Shown here in pieces: positions 26,101 through 37,740 of a DNA stretch of 64,000 bases. Position numbers and translations under genes: made by a program. The DNA is taken from assembly GCF_016433145.1 (NCBI RefSeq), contig NC_058130.1, positions 86,737,628 to 86,801,627 on the forward strand. The letters are read 5' to 3'. The notes below the pieces were generated by a model. It saw nothing but the letters and a program-made list of their open reading frames with translations. It ran no database searches and was not told the DNA's origin. The stretch's first letter is position 1. Each line of letters starts with the position of its first letter. This DNA is from Gracilinanus agilis. Its lineage: Eukaryota.

Positions 26101-27267
26101 CTGCTTAACTTTGCCTCTTTTCCAGCTGTCACTTCTTTTAGTAGATTCTTTTACTTCATAGGGTTGCCTTTAGCAACTCCAAATCTAGGACCAAGTAGAC
26201 AAAAAATACCCTGATAGAATTGTTTACAAATTTTCCCAATCGGATCTCTTCTATGAGCAAAATGAATCAGCTTTTTGTGTATAGCATTTGGATGTCTCGA
26301 GGTCAGCTTCCTTCTAGATCTCTTCAGAGTGGGGAAACTACTTACTTGTAAAATGGTGTTAAAATTATCTGGAAGTGTTCTTACATTCCAACATTTTATA
26401 ATCCCTGTGAGGTTTTTAGGTAAAAATCGTGGTGCATATACAAGGTAAGAAGGCAATTACTCCCATTTCTATAGCAACGTATCCTGTGATAAGGCTAGAA
26501 GACTATAAAAACAAAAGTACAAATTAGGTTGTGCTTATATAAGTTTGTATTTTCAGCTTTAGCTTTAATGTACATGGTAATTTAAGTAACAGAAAATCAT
26601 TCTGGAGCATTCCTCTATCCACAAAAAGTATGCATTTAGTCAAATTAACCAGGGACATGACTAGTCACAAGAAAATGCTCAGAATCAGAGGACCAGTTAT
26701 GAGTGGATCCTAGAGATATTACTGGACACTATCATGTGATTTAGTATATTCCCTTAGAGAAAAGGCAACTCTTCATCCTCTTCCCAAGTCAAATTGTACA
26801 AGCCAGGGAAGAAACTTTTTGGGGGAGGGACGGAGGGAGAAGAACCACCTATTTCTTCAAAAGTCCTGGGTCCTTGCTATTTCTGCTCTACTTCTTTATA
26901 ACCTTGATTTTCAGGACTCATGGTTTGCCCTCTTATCTTTTCAAGACAAGCCAAATCTGATTTTTTGTTGTTGTTGTTGTTTTTTTGAAAAGTTCCTTGA
27001 ACATGCTTCATGGAATATGTCAGCAGATGTCCCCTAGCTAGGAAAAGCTTGTGTAGCAAGAGCTAGGACATGTCTCTCTGGTCTAGACTGCAATAGTCCC
27101 AAGCCTGTTGTGGCTAAATGAAGCATATGTAAAATCCAAAACGGGTTGGGCTAGACTTAAAACAGTGGTCATCAATTCCCTCTGAGGCAGCCGACAACTT
27201 TTGAGATTCTCTTAGCTTGGTGTCCCAGGTTTCAAGAAGAGATAGCTGAAGACCTCAGGAATCCCTA

Positions 27268-27409
27268 CTATTTTTTATGGTGCAAGGGAATCACAAACAC
27301 AGAGATATCATCATAGGATACCAGCACTTTCCCAGTTGAGCTCTGTTCCCAGGTGCTCTGCTCTTTGCCCTGGGTCCTGTGGATCAACAATTTGGCCAGT
27401 TCTGAGAAC
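27268..27409 (-). CDS. PPM1M: PPM1M coding exon 10 (last), ends in TAG
   Basis: tctcag|; FSELAKLLIHRTQGKEQSTWEQSSTGKVLVSYDDISVFVIPLHHKK*; exon sum 1446 nt = 481 aa + stop. Confidence 0.97.
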
Positions 27410-27939
27410 CTGAGAAATGGAGAACACCAAGGAATCAGTCTTCATTGGGGCTGGGGTATATCCTTCATCCTAACAAAGTAACTTCTAGACTCTGTAGTGC
27501 TTTTCTTAAAACAATCCAGATAGGCAAAATATAGCTTAGGCAAATGGTTTGCCTGTATACTGTCCCATATTTGATTGTGTGTCAGCTGTTTTTGCCCTTT
27601 TTAACTTACATTCTGCCCTAATTCCCCACCCTCTGAAATTCTTGAGTTGGTGGAGATAATATTGAAATTCTAGTCATGTGTGTTTCTATAAAGTTGCATT
27701 TCTCATATTGAAGTTCTTTAAAGATCACAGAACACTCATCATGACTGTGAGGTAAACAATACCAATATATATTTTACAAAACAAGTTCAGATACAGTTCA
27801 CATAGCTAGTGGGACTCAAATCTTCAGACCTCAAGTATTTCCCTCTCTGAGGTGTAAGTGGTCAGGAATGAGCAGCCTGGTTCCAGCCCCCCATTGTTAC
27901 AATTCTTTCCATTAATCTGCTTGTCCCAGATTAGATTAC

Positions 27940-28088
27940 CTGTTAGAGTCATGTCTGTTGTCTTGGAGGAAGGTACGAGTTAGTTGGGCTACTTGTTCAT
28001 TTGACAGGACATCCCAGAGCCCATCAGTAGCCATGATGATGACATCATTCTCCTGAGTCTCTTGCTGTTCCAGATCTATTACAGTGAC
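27940..28088 (-). CDS. PPM1M: PPM1M coding exon 9
   Basis: gacag|; VTVIDLEQQETQENDVIIMATDGLWDVLSNEQVAQLTRTFLQDNRHDSN(R); AG|GTAATC; 149 nt; ATDGLWD motif. Confidence 0.97.
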
Positions 28089-28976
28089 CTGTCGTCAGAG
28101 CCAATGGATCTTCAGTATTCCATCCCCAAACCACCAGAGCTACACTTGCAGCCAAACTCAGCTACCTGGTTGTCCAGGCTGGGAGAGTCCATTAGAATTA
28201 GAAAACTTCAGGAGAAGGGACAAGCTGGACCTTGAAACCCAACATTCTGCTTTTAAAGTGAAGAAGTGAAGGCTCAAAGGCAGAGGAAGGAGAATATCCT
28301 AGGTTACACCAGGAGTCAGATCTGCTTCCCCGTCCAATGTTTCTTACATCTAGGAAGGTGGCATGATAAGGGTGGAAAGTGCCCTATCTAAAGTCAAAGG
28401 AGTTCAGATCTTTTGCCTCTAACATACTAGCTGTGTGACCTTAGGCAAGCTATTCAACCTCTACGTCTTAGTTTCTTCAACCATAAAATGAAGGGGTTTG
28501 ACTTGATGGCCTGAGTCTTTTTTTAGCACTAGATCTGTGATTCTATGGCACCCCAAGAACCTTAGCAAGAGAAGGGGGTCAGATGGCAGAGTAGACAGGT
28601 AGTGTCCAGTGAAGACTAATCAGTATTTCAACACTTCAGGGATCTGTAATTGTGCCAATGCAGGGACTCCACTGCTGCCAATCACTATCCCTCTTAACTT
28701 AGATGGTCTCTAAGAATTTCTGTGGCTGGAAAATTCATCACCCTACCATCAACCAGATGATAAGCCTCTTTCAGACCCAGATGGGTCTTTGAAAAGAGAC
28801 AGTCTCCAAACCTATACTCAGAACATTTGGAACCTGGGCAGGTTCTGGCAGAGAGAACCCAAGGTCACCTCCATCATTAAGATGAGGGATGAGCGAGGGC
28901 TTCAGTGGGATGGGCAGTGTAAGTTTTGAATCTGCTCATGGCTCTGAGTATAAAGCCTGATGAGCCCCTTCTTTAC

Positions 28977-29084
28977 CTCAGGGATGGAGAGAAGAAAAGG
29001 CTTGATGTTGATATCCGAGTCCAGAACCTTTAGCTGATGGTCTCCCAGGCCCCTGGACACAGCCAGAGTACCCAACAAACGAGC
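28977..29084 (-). CDS. PPM1M: PPM1M coding exon 8
   Basis: aactag|; ARLLGTLAVSRGLGDHQLKVLDSDINIKPFLLSIPE; GAG|GTAAAG; 108 nt. Confidence 0.97.
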
Positions 29085-29431
29085 CTAGTTGGGGGCAGAG
29101 AACAGGGACACATCAGATGCATCCTGTAGTGAGCACCTGGTGTGTGTGTGTCAGCAGTAATCCCTCCCCAACAGGATGGAAAACTAGGCAGCTATAGACT
29201 GGGGAAACAGCAAGGCTCATTCTGCAAAATTATTTAGGCAGGGCTCTGTATTGGGTTCTTTAGGGAATGACAGGATTGAGGCCCTGCACTATGAGAGTTC
29301 CCATTTGGGAAGATGGCACTGCCCACATAACATGCCCCCCCATCTACCAACTAAGGTTGTAAATGCCTGATTAACATCAAACACTGGTGGGGTGAAACAA
29401 AACAAAGGCAGGTGGAAACAGAATCACTGAC

Positions 29432-29495
29432 CTGCTTGCCCTGTCCAATAACCAGTGGGTACTTGAGGTCTGATTTCTCCACTTGTTTGTAGCCC
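29432..29495 (-). CDS. PPM1M: PPM1M coding exon 7
   Basis: tctcag|; GYKQVEKSDLKYPLVIGQGKQ; CAG|GTCAGT; 64 nt. Confidence 0.97.
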
Positions 29496-29615
29496 CTGAG
29501 AGAAAGTGGTGGTGCAAATAGGCCTTACAAAAGCCTCCATGGTCAGGGCCCTGGGCATACCTCCGTGGTTGAGAGGGAGAGGGGGGGGAAGAAACAATTC
29601 CCCTCATGTACTTAC

Positions 29616-29734
29616 CAGCCATTCATGTTGTAGTCTCGAAATAGCACCTTCTGGCCTAGGTCTTCACCCTTCAGGCGTCGGGGAAACTCCAGCCTGGTAA
29701 ACTCGTTTGCCAGAAGCCTGGGATGAATGAAGGC
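29616..29734 (-). CDS. PPM1M: PPM1M coding exon 6
   Basis: ctgcag|; AFIHPRLLANEFTRLEFPRRLKGEDLGQKVLFRDYNMNG(W); TG|GTAAGT; 119 nt. Confidence 0.97.
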
Positions 29735-29901
29735 CTGCAGGGCCACAGCAAGCTCAAGGTGGGAGACCCTTATTTCCCAGGCTCTCCTCTGACCCCAAAG
29801 GTACCTCTCCCCAAAATACCTTTTCCCCTGCTAGGACCCAGGAATGTGAGTCATCTTGGCTTCTGTGGTCTCCCTAAACCCACCACCTACCAGAGGCTTA
29901 C

Positions 29902-29986
29902 CAAGTGCTGAATTCTCCGTCTCTCTGTCTCAGGGGTAAACTCGGAACTCACAGCTTTCACGCCCTCTTTCTGCACAAGTATGGCC
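29902..29986 (-). CDS. PPM1M: PPM1M coding exon 5
   Basis: ttcccag|; AILVQKEGVKAVSSEFTPETERRRIQHL; TTG|GTAAGC; 85 nt. Confidence 0.97.
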
Positions 29987-31466
29987 CTGGGAAAGTGGTG
30001 GTGCAAATCAGTCCCACTGAAGGCTGTCTGAATCTCGCCCCCTTTTAGCTGGACTCTTAAATGCCTCCAGAAGATTCACCTACCTCCAATGATTGTATGT
30101 CTTAAAAGGGCATGTTAAAAGTTCAGCTCTCTCCTGATCTGCCAAGTATTTACGTGGATGACCTTGGGCAAGCTACTTAACCAGTCTAGGCCTCAGTTTC
30201 CTCATCTGTAAAATCACTTCTGCTGACTCAGTTCTCTAAAACTGGGGATCCCTTTGATCCTAATAACTGCAGCTTACCTCGCTAGCACTGCTTCTCTACT
30301 CAAACCTGCTCCAACCTTTTTCCTCTTGTTCTTTCCCTTACTCGCCTAGAATGCTCTTGCCTTTTGTCTCGACAACTTGAGCCATCTTTGAATTAGCTGG
30401 AAGGAAACCTCCAAACCCAATCCTTTTCTTTTACAGAGAATAGAACGGACCCAGAAAGAGCAAATAATTTGGCCAGTGTCACCCAGCAAGTCACAAGTCA
30501 AGGAGCTAGGACTAGAGCCCAGGTGTCAGTACTCCCAGGCCCAGGACTCTTTCACCTATTCCTAAACTACCATAGATGAGGGAGTGCAGAGGAGGGAAGA
30601 AGATGCAGAAGATAAGTCCTTAACGTCTTCGTCTTTGGAATCTAATCAATCCAAATAAGACAGGCAGAGCCTTGCCACAAAAAGGAACTGGTAAGTGTAT
30701 GAAAGGGACATGTACAGAGTGAGTAAAAAAGGAGGGAAATTTCTGGACTAGAACCTGAATTGAGTCCTTGACTCTTTCTATCATGTTGTTATTACCAGTA
30801 ATTTATTATGATAAGAAGTATTAAGTACTTATATTAATATTGTTTTTAACTTTTATTTTCTATTTAATACTATTCAATAGTATTATGATTCAATGTTACA
30901 TAAGAAATGAAGTTATTAATAACATGTTGGTATACTATTATAAGGTCTACAAGGAAATCACTTCCCTCACAGCACCAGTACTCGGTAGGGAGTTACAAGG
31001 ATTATCAGTCATTTTCTAGAAGAGATAACTGAGGCTTATTGTCACCTGCACAAGACAGCAAGTATTAGAACCAGGATTTGAAACTAGGTCTCCTGGCTCC
31101 AAGGGTTCTTTCTACTATCACACTAACAAAGCACAGCTCAAATGCTCCCAGGCCAATGTGCTAGTGCATGGGCCCCCTTTTAAAAGTAAACTCACACTTT
31201 GTACAAGTTTCTTTCATATACATATGTGGTTCTCTTTTTGAAGTAGAGCTGTCTCTGTGACTTATTTGCCTTGACTAGCTCAGGAGTTCCAGGAAGGCAA
31301 GGATGTGGATGTTGTCTCCTTACGTGGAATCCCTAAGATCATTTAGTCAAATCCTTTTGTTTTACAGAGAAGGAAATCGGACACTCAGCAAGAGAAGGGA
31401 CTTGTAAGCCCACCCCCAACCCTCCTTTAACCCACATCTGAGATGCAGTCAGTTCTCAGGGTTCAC

Positions 31467-31579
31467 CTGCTATCCCCAGCATTGGCAACATACAGCTTCC
31501 CCTCCAGGTAGAGGATGATCAGAGCTGTGCAGCCCCCAGACTGGCCAGTGGCTGTCATCTCATGCCCAATCACTGTGTC
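31467..31579 (-). CDS. PPM1M: PPM1M coding exon 4
   Basis: ctacag|; DTVIGHEMTATGQSGGCTALIILYLEGKLYVANAGDS(R); AG|GTGAAC; 113 nt. Confidence 0.97.
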
Positions 31580-31912
31580 CTGTAGGCATAAATCCCCACC
31601 CACCCCCACCCCCAGACTTATTAGGTGACTGCCCTAGGAATGGAGACCCAGAAGCTACCTGGAAACCCCAGGAGCAGGCCCCCTCTTCCTCTCCTCCCCC
31701 CACCCCACCCAGTAGCTCCCTTCTTTGTCTTGGTGACCGTCTAATCAACTCGCCGTTATCCACCAAAGGAAGGATTTCTTTATAGATGATTCATTCTCTC
31801 CCAGGGCACATAAATGTATCTCCCCGGCACCAGCCCAAAGGTGTGTGCTAAGGAACAGGGACTCATTCACACCATCCCACCTTCCCTCTGGATACTCCCT
31901 TCCCAGACTCAC

Positions 31913-32167
31913 ACATTCCTGGAAAGCCTCCTCTATGGCTCCAATCACCAGATCTTGTGCCTGGATTCCCTTCTCCTCCACAAACAGGGGGTCACTGGGG
32001 CAGATTCGGCAGCCACTGAGGTGCATAGGGGGTTGGGGCGCCAAGATGCCCCCCACTACATCTTCCAGCTTTCTTCGCAAGCAGCTGTGTAAGACGTTGG
32101 AGGCAATGACTGCAGCAGTAGGTCCCCCATGGCCATCAAACAGTGCCCAGTAGCATCCAGTAACATA
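31913..32167 (-). CDS. PPM1M: PPM1M coding exon 3
   Basis: gacag|; YVTGCYWALFDGHGGPTAA...EEAFQEC; TGT|GTGAGT; 255 nt; DGHGG motif. Confidence 0.98.
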
Positions 32168-32348
32168 CTGTCCCAAGAAGGTAGATGCTAAGTTAAGGCA
32201 GTCATTTCCCAGCAGCTTAGGTCCTTCCCTAACTTTGTACATTTGGGGTCAGGGCTCTGCTCCAAGACCCCTGGTCATATATGTGGATAAGGACCTAGCC
32301 TCCCAGAAATGGGCCTGCCCAGTCCCAGACCCCAGCCTGGCCCCTCAC

Positions 32349-32472
32349 CTCCTCCTGGCATAGGATCATCCATTCCTGGTCTTCACTGTCCCCGAATTCC
32401 CTATGCTTGATGGACAGCTGACCACATGCTGCCTGGTCTTCGTTGAACTCGGATTTCTCTGCATTAATAACC
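32349..32472 (-). CDS. PPM1M: PPM1M coding exon 2
   Basis: ctgcag|; VINAEKSEFNEDQAACGQLSIKHREFGDSEDQEWMILCQEE; GAG|GTGAGG; 124 nt; contains the ED metal-ligand motif. Confidence 0.97.
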
Positions 32473-33299
32473 CTGCAGCCACAGAATTATGGTCCAGGCC
32501 TCACTCCAAGAAGTGTCTTCCAGAGAGGCTACAGGCCCACCTAAGGGTGGTGTAACTGGAGTTGGGGGGGGGTCCCCCTCCCCATGCTGAATCCACAAAT
32601 ATGGATTCCCTGGACAAATGGCTCCATCAGTTAGACCAACCAATCTCTTTTTTTTTTTTCTTATTCATTACCACAAGCCAAAAAGAAAAATAGGCCACCA
32701 AGAATATAATGGTATCATGATTCAGTCATTATTAATCTCAGTTGCTACAGCACTTTAAGGTTTACAAAAGCACCTTTCTTACAATATACCCGGTGAAGTA
32801 GGTAGTGCCAGTATCATTTATCCCTATTTGGCTACCTTGGTCTTAATGTTGATGCTTCCCTCTCCCTCATTGTTGTATGGGTAATATGATATCCATGGTT
32901 ACCAGGTCAAGTCCATATCCACATCTCTCCCACCCATTCTATCTGTAGTCTTATCACCCATTGCTCTATATAGGCCTTCATTACCCCCTCCCAAACCTAG
33001 ATTACTGTAAGAGCCCCATTTACACATCTTCCTTTCTCCCTCTCACCCTTCTGATTCAGCTTTCATTTCAGTGCTAGAATAATCTTTTCCCCCTCTGTTG
33101 ACTTGGATATGTTACTCTTATGCTCTAAAATCTTCAGTTTTCCTCTACTGATCCCTCATTACTGACTGGGCACATACCTCAAGGAGGTCAAAGTCAGAAA
33201 CAAAGGCCCAATACATGCCTGAATTTTTTGAGCAATGGGAGGCAGGGAAAAAACCCAAGGAATGAAGCAGGTGCCCATTGATTAGAGTGGCTGAAAATG

Positions 33300-33520
33300 G
33301 TATGTAAATGTTCAGTTGTGTCCAATTCTTCCTGATGTCATTTGGAGTTTTCTTGGCAGAGATACTGGCATGGTCTGTCATTTCCTTCTCCAGTTCATTT
33401 TGCAGTTAAGGAAACTGAGGCAAACAGGGTTAAGAGACTTGCCCGGGATCACACAGCTAGTAAGTGTCTGAAACCAAAAATCAAGTCTTTCTGATCTAGG
33501 CCTGGCACTATATTTTCTGT
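33300..33520 (-). mobile_element. MAR1-type SINE
   Basis: GGAGTTTTCTTGGCAGAGATACTGG...GGAAACTGAGGCAAACAGGG. Confidence 0.8.
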
Positions 33521-34140
33521 GCTACCAGCTGCATAGTAAGAAATAACAAATATAAGGATTTCAGAGAAACTTGGGAAGATCTAGATGAAATGATAGAGAA
33601 ATCAGTGGAAACCAGAGAATAATATATGGAATAACGACAATGATGTAAAACAAATTTACTAACAAAAGAGATTAAGCTCCGAATATTGGAAAGGCCACCA
33701 ACATCCCTGATACCTGATAAGAAAGCATATCCCCTAATTTCCTCTGTAGCAAGGGAGGCCAGAGCCTCCTAGAGCAGAACTTGCATAAGAGGTTGGGTTC
33801 AACCACCATACCAGATGAGTTTTGCAGAATTGGTTTTCTTGGTTACAAGGGAGATTTAGTCTGGAGGGGTGGGGGTGGGGGTGTAAATGGTTGTCATGTA
33901 AAGACAAAAAACATCAATAAATATATCTTTTAAAAATGTTTCTTTGGCTTCCTCCTTCTCCAGCTGGCATTCAAGCTCCTCCAGGTCAATCTTTATTTCA
34001 TAATAGCCTTCTTTACACAGTTTAGGTTTTCACCAAATTAGAAAAAATCTATGCTCCAAACATGCCCAAACCTTTCTTGGCTCTGGGCCTTTGTGGCTCA
34101 GGTGCTCTTCCCTTCCAAACTTTTCATTTCTATACATTTT

Positions 34141-34560
34141 TTTTAAGTCCTTACCTTCCATGGTAGAATCACTACTGTGTATTGGTTCTAAGACAGAAGA
34201 ACAGTAAGGGCTAGGTAGTGGGGGGTTAAGTGATTTGCCCAGGATCACACAGTTAGGAAGTGTTTGAGGCCAAATTTGAACCTTGGACATCCCTTTCTAA
34301 GCCTGACTCAAGCTACTGAGCCTCTACCACCCAGCTGCCCCCATCTATACATTCTTAAAACCCAATTCAGGGGCAGCTGGGTAGCTCAGTGGATTGAGAA
34401 CCAGGCCTAGAGACAGAAGGTCCTAGGTTCAAATCCCACCTCAGACACTTCCCAGCTGTGTGACCCTGGGCAAGTCACTTGACCCCCATTGCCTACCCTT
34501 ACCACTCTTCTGCCTTGGAGCCAATACACAGTATTGAGGGAAGGTAAGGGCTTAAAAAAA
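34141..34560. mobile_element. Inverted head-to-head SINE1_Mdo-like pair (34141-34342 on -, 34370-34560 on +)
   Basis: CCAGCTGCCCCC then 27-nt spacer then GGGGCAGCTGG. Confidence 0.9.
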
Positions 34561-34949
34561 ACAAACTCAAAGGCCATTCCTCCCAAGAAGTCTTTTCAGA
34601 TCCTCCTCTCTAGAAAAGCCCTTCCTCCTTCAGACTTCGAATAGCATTTTGCTTGGAATTCTCTGCCCTAATATTGTTTTTATAATTATCTATGTTGACA
34701 TCTTGACAGGAGAGCAAGAATCCTGCCCGTCTGTACTCTGCCTCCTTGGGGCGGGGAGGGTGGTCATCAAGAATATTTGTGCATTGATTTTCTGCTTACA
34801 AGCTGTGGCAAGTTACTGTCCCGAGATCTCTTTCTGCACAAAACTCAGTGAGCCTATCACGTGATTTGGCCGAGCTCCCTCAGTTTTGAAACTCCTCCCA
34901 AACTTCCTCCCCGACTTCAGGTTCGGAGCTCTTTCCACTCACTAATAAC

Positions 34950-36250
34950 CCGTAACACGCTCCTGCCCACACACAGTCCCCGGCACAGATTCGAAGCCTC
35001 TCTTAGGCTACCTCGCCCGCAAATACACCGAAAGCGGAACTGTTCCGCTCGGGGCACCTCCGGCTCACAGCCACCCACCCACGCCTTCCCCAGCAAGACA
35101 CTCGAACCCACACCCGAGCCTCAAAGTCGCACATGGTAAATGCTGCTTTCCCTCTTTTTAGCCCCCGTTCCAAGTATCTGGGTAGCCTGACCCCCGTGTT
35201 AAAGAGGGGCGCATGTTCCCCAGGGCTATCCCCCTCGGCTCCCTTCCCTGCATCTTTCCTTCTCCGCTAACTTCCGTTCTTTGCCTCCCCCGAAACAAGC
35301 GCTCCAGTCCCGGTGTCCCGGGTCAGCCCTTGCACTGCCTGGACCGCCCACATCCCCCAGGCCGAAGCGGCAGAAGGGAGGAGGCTGAAGCCTAGAAAAG
35401 GATGTGCTGAGAGGAAGGAGAGAGGGAAGGGGCTCCGAGGAGGGGGGAGGGGGCGGCTAGATTTCGAGTCTGGAGAGAAGATAGAGAGGGCGGCGCGGGA
35501 GAGAGGCCGGGGGCTTGGGGAGACGTCGGAAGGGAGCGGTCGCTTACTTACTCAGCGTAGCCCGCATTCCAAGGCAGAGGCCGGTCCGGGGCCGGACAGT
35601 AGACTGGCCTCGGACGGATCTGAGCATCGAGGAAAGGGTCCGGCCGGGGAGGCGGACCGACGCCCCGCAGGAACTTGGGCCGCCGGTAGGGGAACGGACT
35701 GGCTGGCCGAGCTCGGCCACTGACTTGGGGCCCCATAGTGTCCCCTGGGCCGGTGCCCCATACCCTTGGCTCGGATTGGCCCCGACCCCAGGAGGGTACC
35801 CGGTGCAGGAAGCGGCGCCGGAACCATTCTGCGGACATGGACGTGGAGGCAGGGGACTGCCCCCGTGGGGCCCTCATCCACTGCTTCGTCGGGGCTCCCG
35901 CGGACCCACTGTCCAGCGAGTCACTCCGGCCAGGACCTTGGCCCTTCGGGATCTCCGACACTCTACTTGCGGGGAAGATGCGAAGTGGGTGCCTCCCGCT
36001 GATCAACCGGGGTAGGCGGCCGGTGGAGCCCGGAGCCTGGAGTTCGGGGCGCAAGAAAGGGCGGGGCGAAGAGGGGAGGAGAGACGGGGGAGAGGCGGAG
36101 GGAAGAGAGCTGGGCAGGCTGGCAGGACCGGGGGAGGAGGAGGCACCCACACTGGAGCTTGGTCTTCTTCCTGCAGGGCCACACTTGGCATACTGAAAGA
36201 AGCCCTAGCTGTGGACACAGATCCTGGGTTCGAGCCCCAGCGAGGCTGCT
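34950..36250. promoter_or_regulatory. PPM1M CpG island / promoter
   Basis: CpG-dense block over exon 1, GC box GGGCGGGG near 36059-36066. Confidence 0.8.
35552..35838 (-). CDS. PPM1M: PPM1M coding exon 1 (Mg/Mn-dependent protein phosphatase 1M, PP2C-eta)
   Basis: MSAEWFRRRFL...PYRRPKFLRG...LPWNAGYA(E); donor GA|GTAAGT; 287 nt. Confidence 0.95.
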
Positions 36251-36786
36251 TATCGCTGTATGATCTTGGAAAAACCACGGGCCGTTTTTCATCCATAAAA
36301 TAAATCTGCTGTTTCCCAAGTGTGGGCTGGGGCTCTTTCTTTCCTCTAACAATAAGGAAACAGTGTCTTTTCTAACCTGGTCAATGTGGGTAGATGGAGC
36401 CCGCAGAAACTAAAACTCTTGGGGTGGGGGGATTCACCAGCCTAGAAAGGTACATTGGAAAACCGTAGAGAGATCGTTTGTCCAACATTGTCAAAGTCTC
36501 CTGCCAGGCTTTGGGAAAAGAGTTTGAGGTTGAGGCAGTAAATAGAGTACTGGGCTTGGAATTAGGGAGATCCTGGATTCGAACGATGGCCCAGACACTT
36601 AATAGTTGTGACCCATTTGCTCGACAATAACATGGGCAGAATGATACCACCAGCTTTCTCAGGGTTTGGGGAAGATGCGAAGTGGGTGCCTCCCACTGAT
36701 CAACCGGGGTAGGCGGCTGGTGGAGCCCGGAGCCTGGAGTTCGGGGCGCAAGAAAGGGCGGGGCGAAGAGGGGAGGAGAGACGGGG
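35971..36786. repeat. 119-bp direct duplication (35971-36089 and 36668-36786) of PPM1M upstream sequence
   Basis: Manual alignment: 117/119 identical, offset 697 bp. Confidence 0.97.
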
Positions 36787-37084
36787 ATATCTTTTAAGGC
36801 CAACCTTAAAGGTTCCTAGCTATTATGATGATGAAATAGGCTTTATAGGAAGGGTCCTGGGTTGGAGAAGCTGCTTGATTTTTGGACTTTCCTGGCTTCA
36901 CGATGCCCAGACTGGGGGTACCTTGTCTTCCCAACACCCTTTGCGTCTTTTATTTGCATTGTCTTCCTCCTTTAGGTTGAAAGCTCCTTAGGAGCAAGGC
37001 TTGTATTTCTTTTTTCCTGTTTGTGTCCCTAGCTCTTGGGCACCTAAAATAGAGTGCCAGGCATAGAGCCAGAAAGACTCCTCT

Positions 37085-37740
37085 CTGGAGTTTAAAACTG
37101 GCCTCAGACACTAGCTGGAAGACCCTGCACAAGTCACTTAACCCTGTTGCCTCAGTTTCCTTACTGTAAAATGAGTTGGAGAAGGAAATAGCAAAACCAC
37201 ACCATGATCTTGAACAAGAGAACCCCAAATGAGGTCACAAGAATCAGACATGACTGAAAATGACTGAACAAAATCCCTAACTCTTCGCATAGTGCCTGGC
37301 ATCTAGTAGGTGCTCGAATAAATATTTGTTGGTTGTTGACTATTGACTCCAGAAGGCAGAACAAGGGACAAGACTTTTATGTAAGTTAGAAAGAGGCAAA
37401 ATTGTAACCAACCATTAGAAATGTCTAACAATGAAACAAGCCACTAGGGAAGGTAGTGGTTTTCCTTTTCTGGGTTCTGTTAATAGTGGATAAACATTTA
37501 ATAAGCACCTACTATTTGTCAGACAGGTGGTACAGTGGGAAGAACACTGAACTTAAAATCAAGAAGGCTTGAGTGAAAATGTGGCCTCAGACACTCATTA
37601 GCTGTGCCATCCTGGGCAAGTCACTTAACCCCTAATTTACCTCAGTTCCTCAACTATAAAATGGGGACACACTGGAGAAGGAAATGGGAAACTACTTCAG
37701 TATCTTTGTCAAGAAAACCCCACGACCAGTCGGTAGGGTC
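37085..37740 (+). mobile_element. Two MAR1-type SINEs plus an L2 end
   Basis: GGCCTCAGACAC...GAGAAGGAAAT(A/G)GCAAA...CAAGAA(A)ACCCCA at about 37100-37270 and 37510-37730. Confidence 0.75.

Noticed and set aside
22580-27267. let-7 feedback sites in the WDR82 or PPM1M 3'UTRs
   Set aside because: No CTACCTC 7-mer noticed on manual scan; only near-matches
35313-36803. Several 100-200 aa ORFs around PPM1M exon 1, including the GTG-started extension from 36150
   Set aside because: GC-island stop depletion; homology begins at MSAEWF; overlaps the duplicated promoter segment
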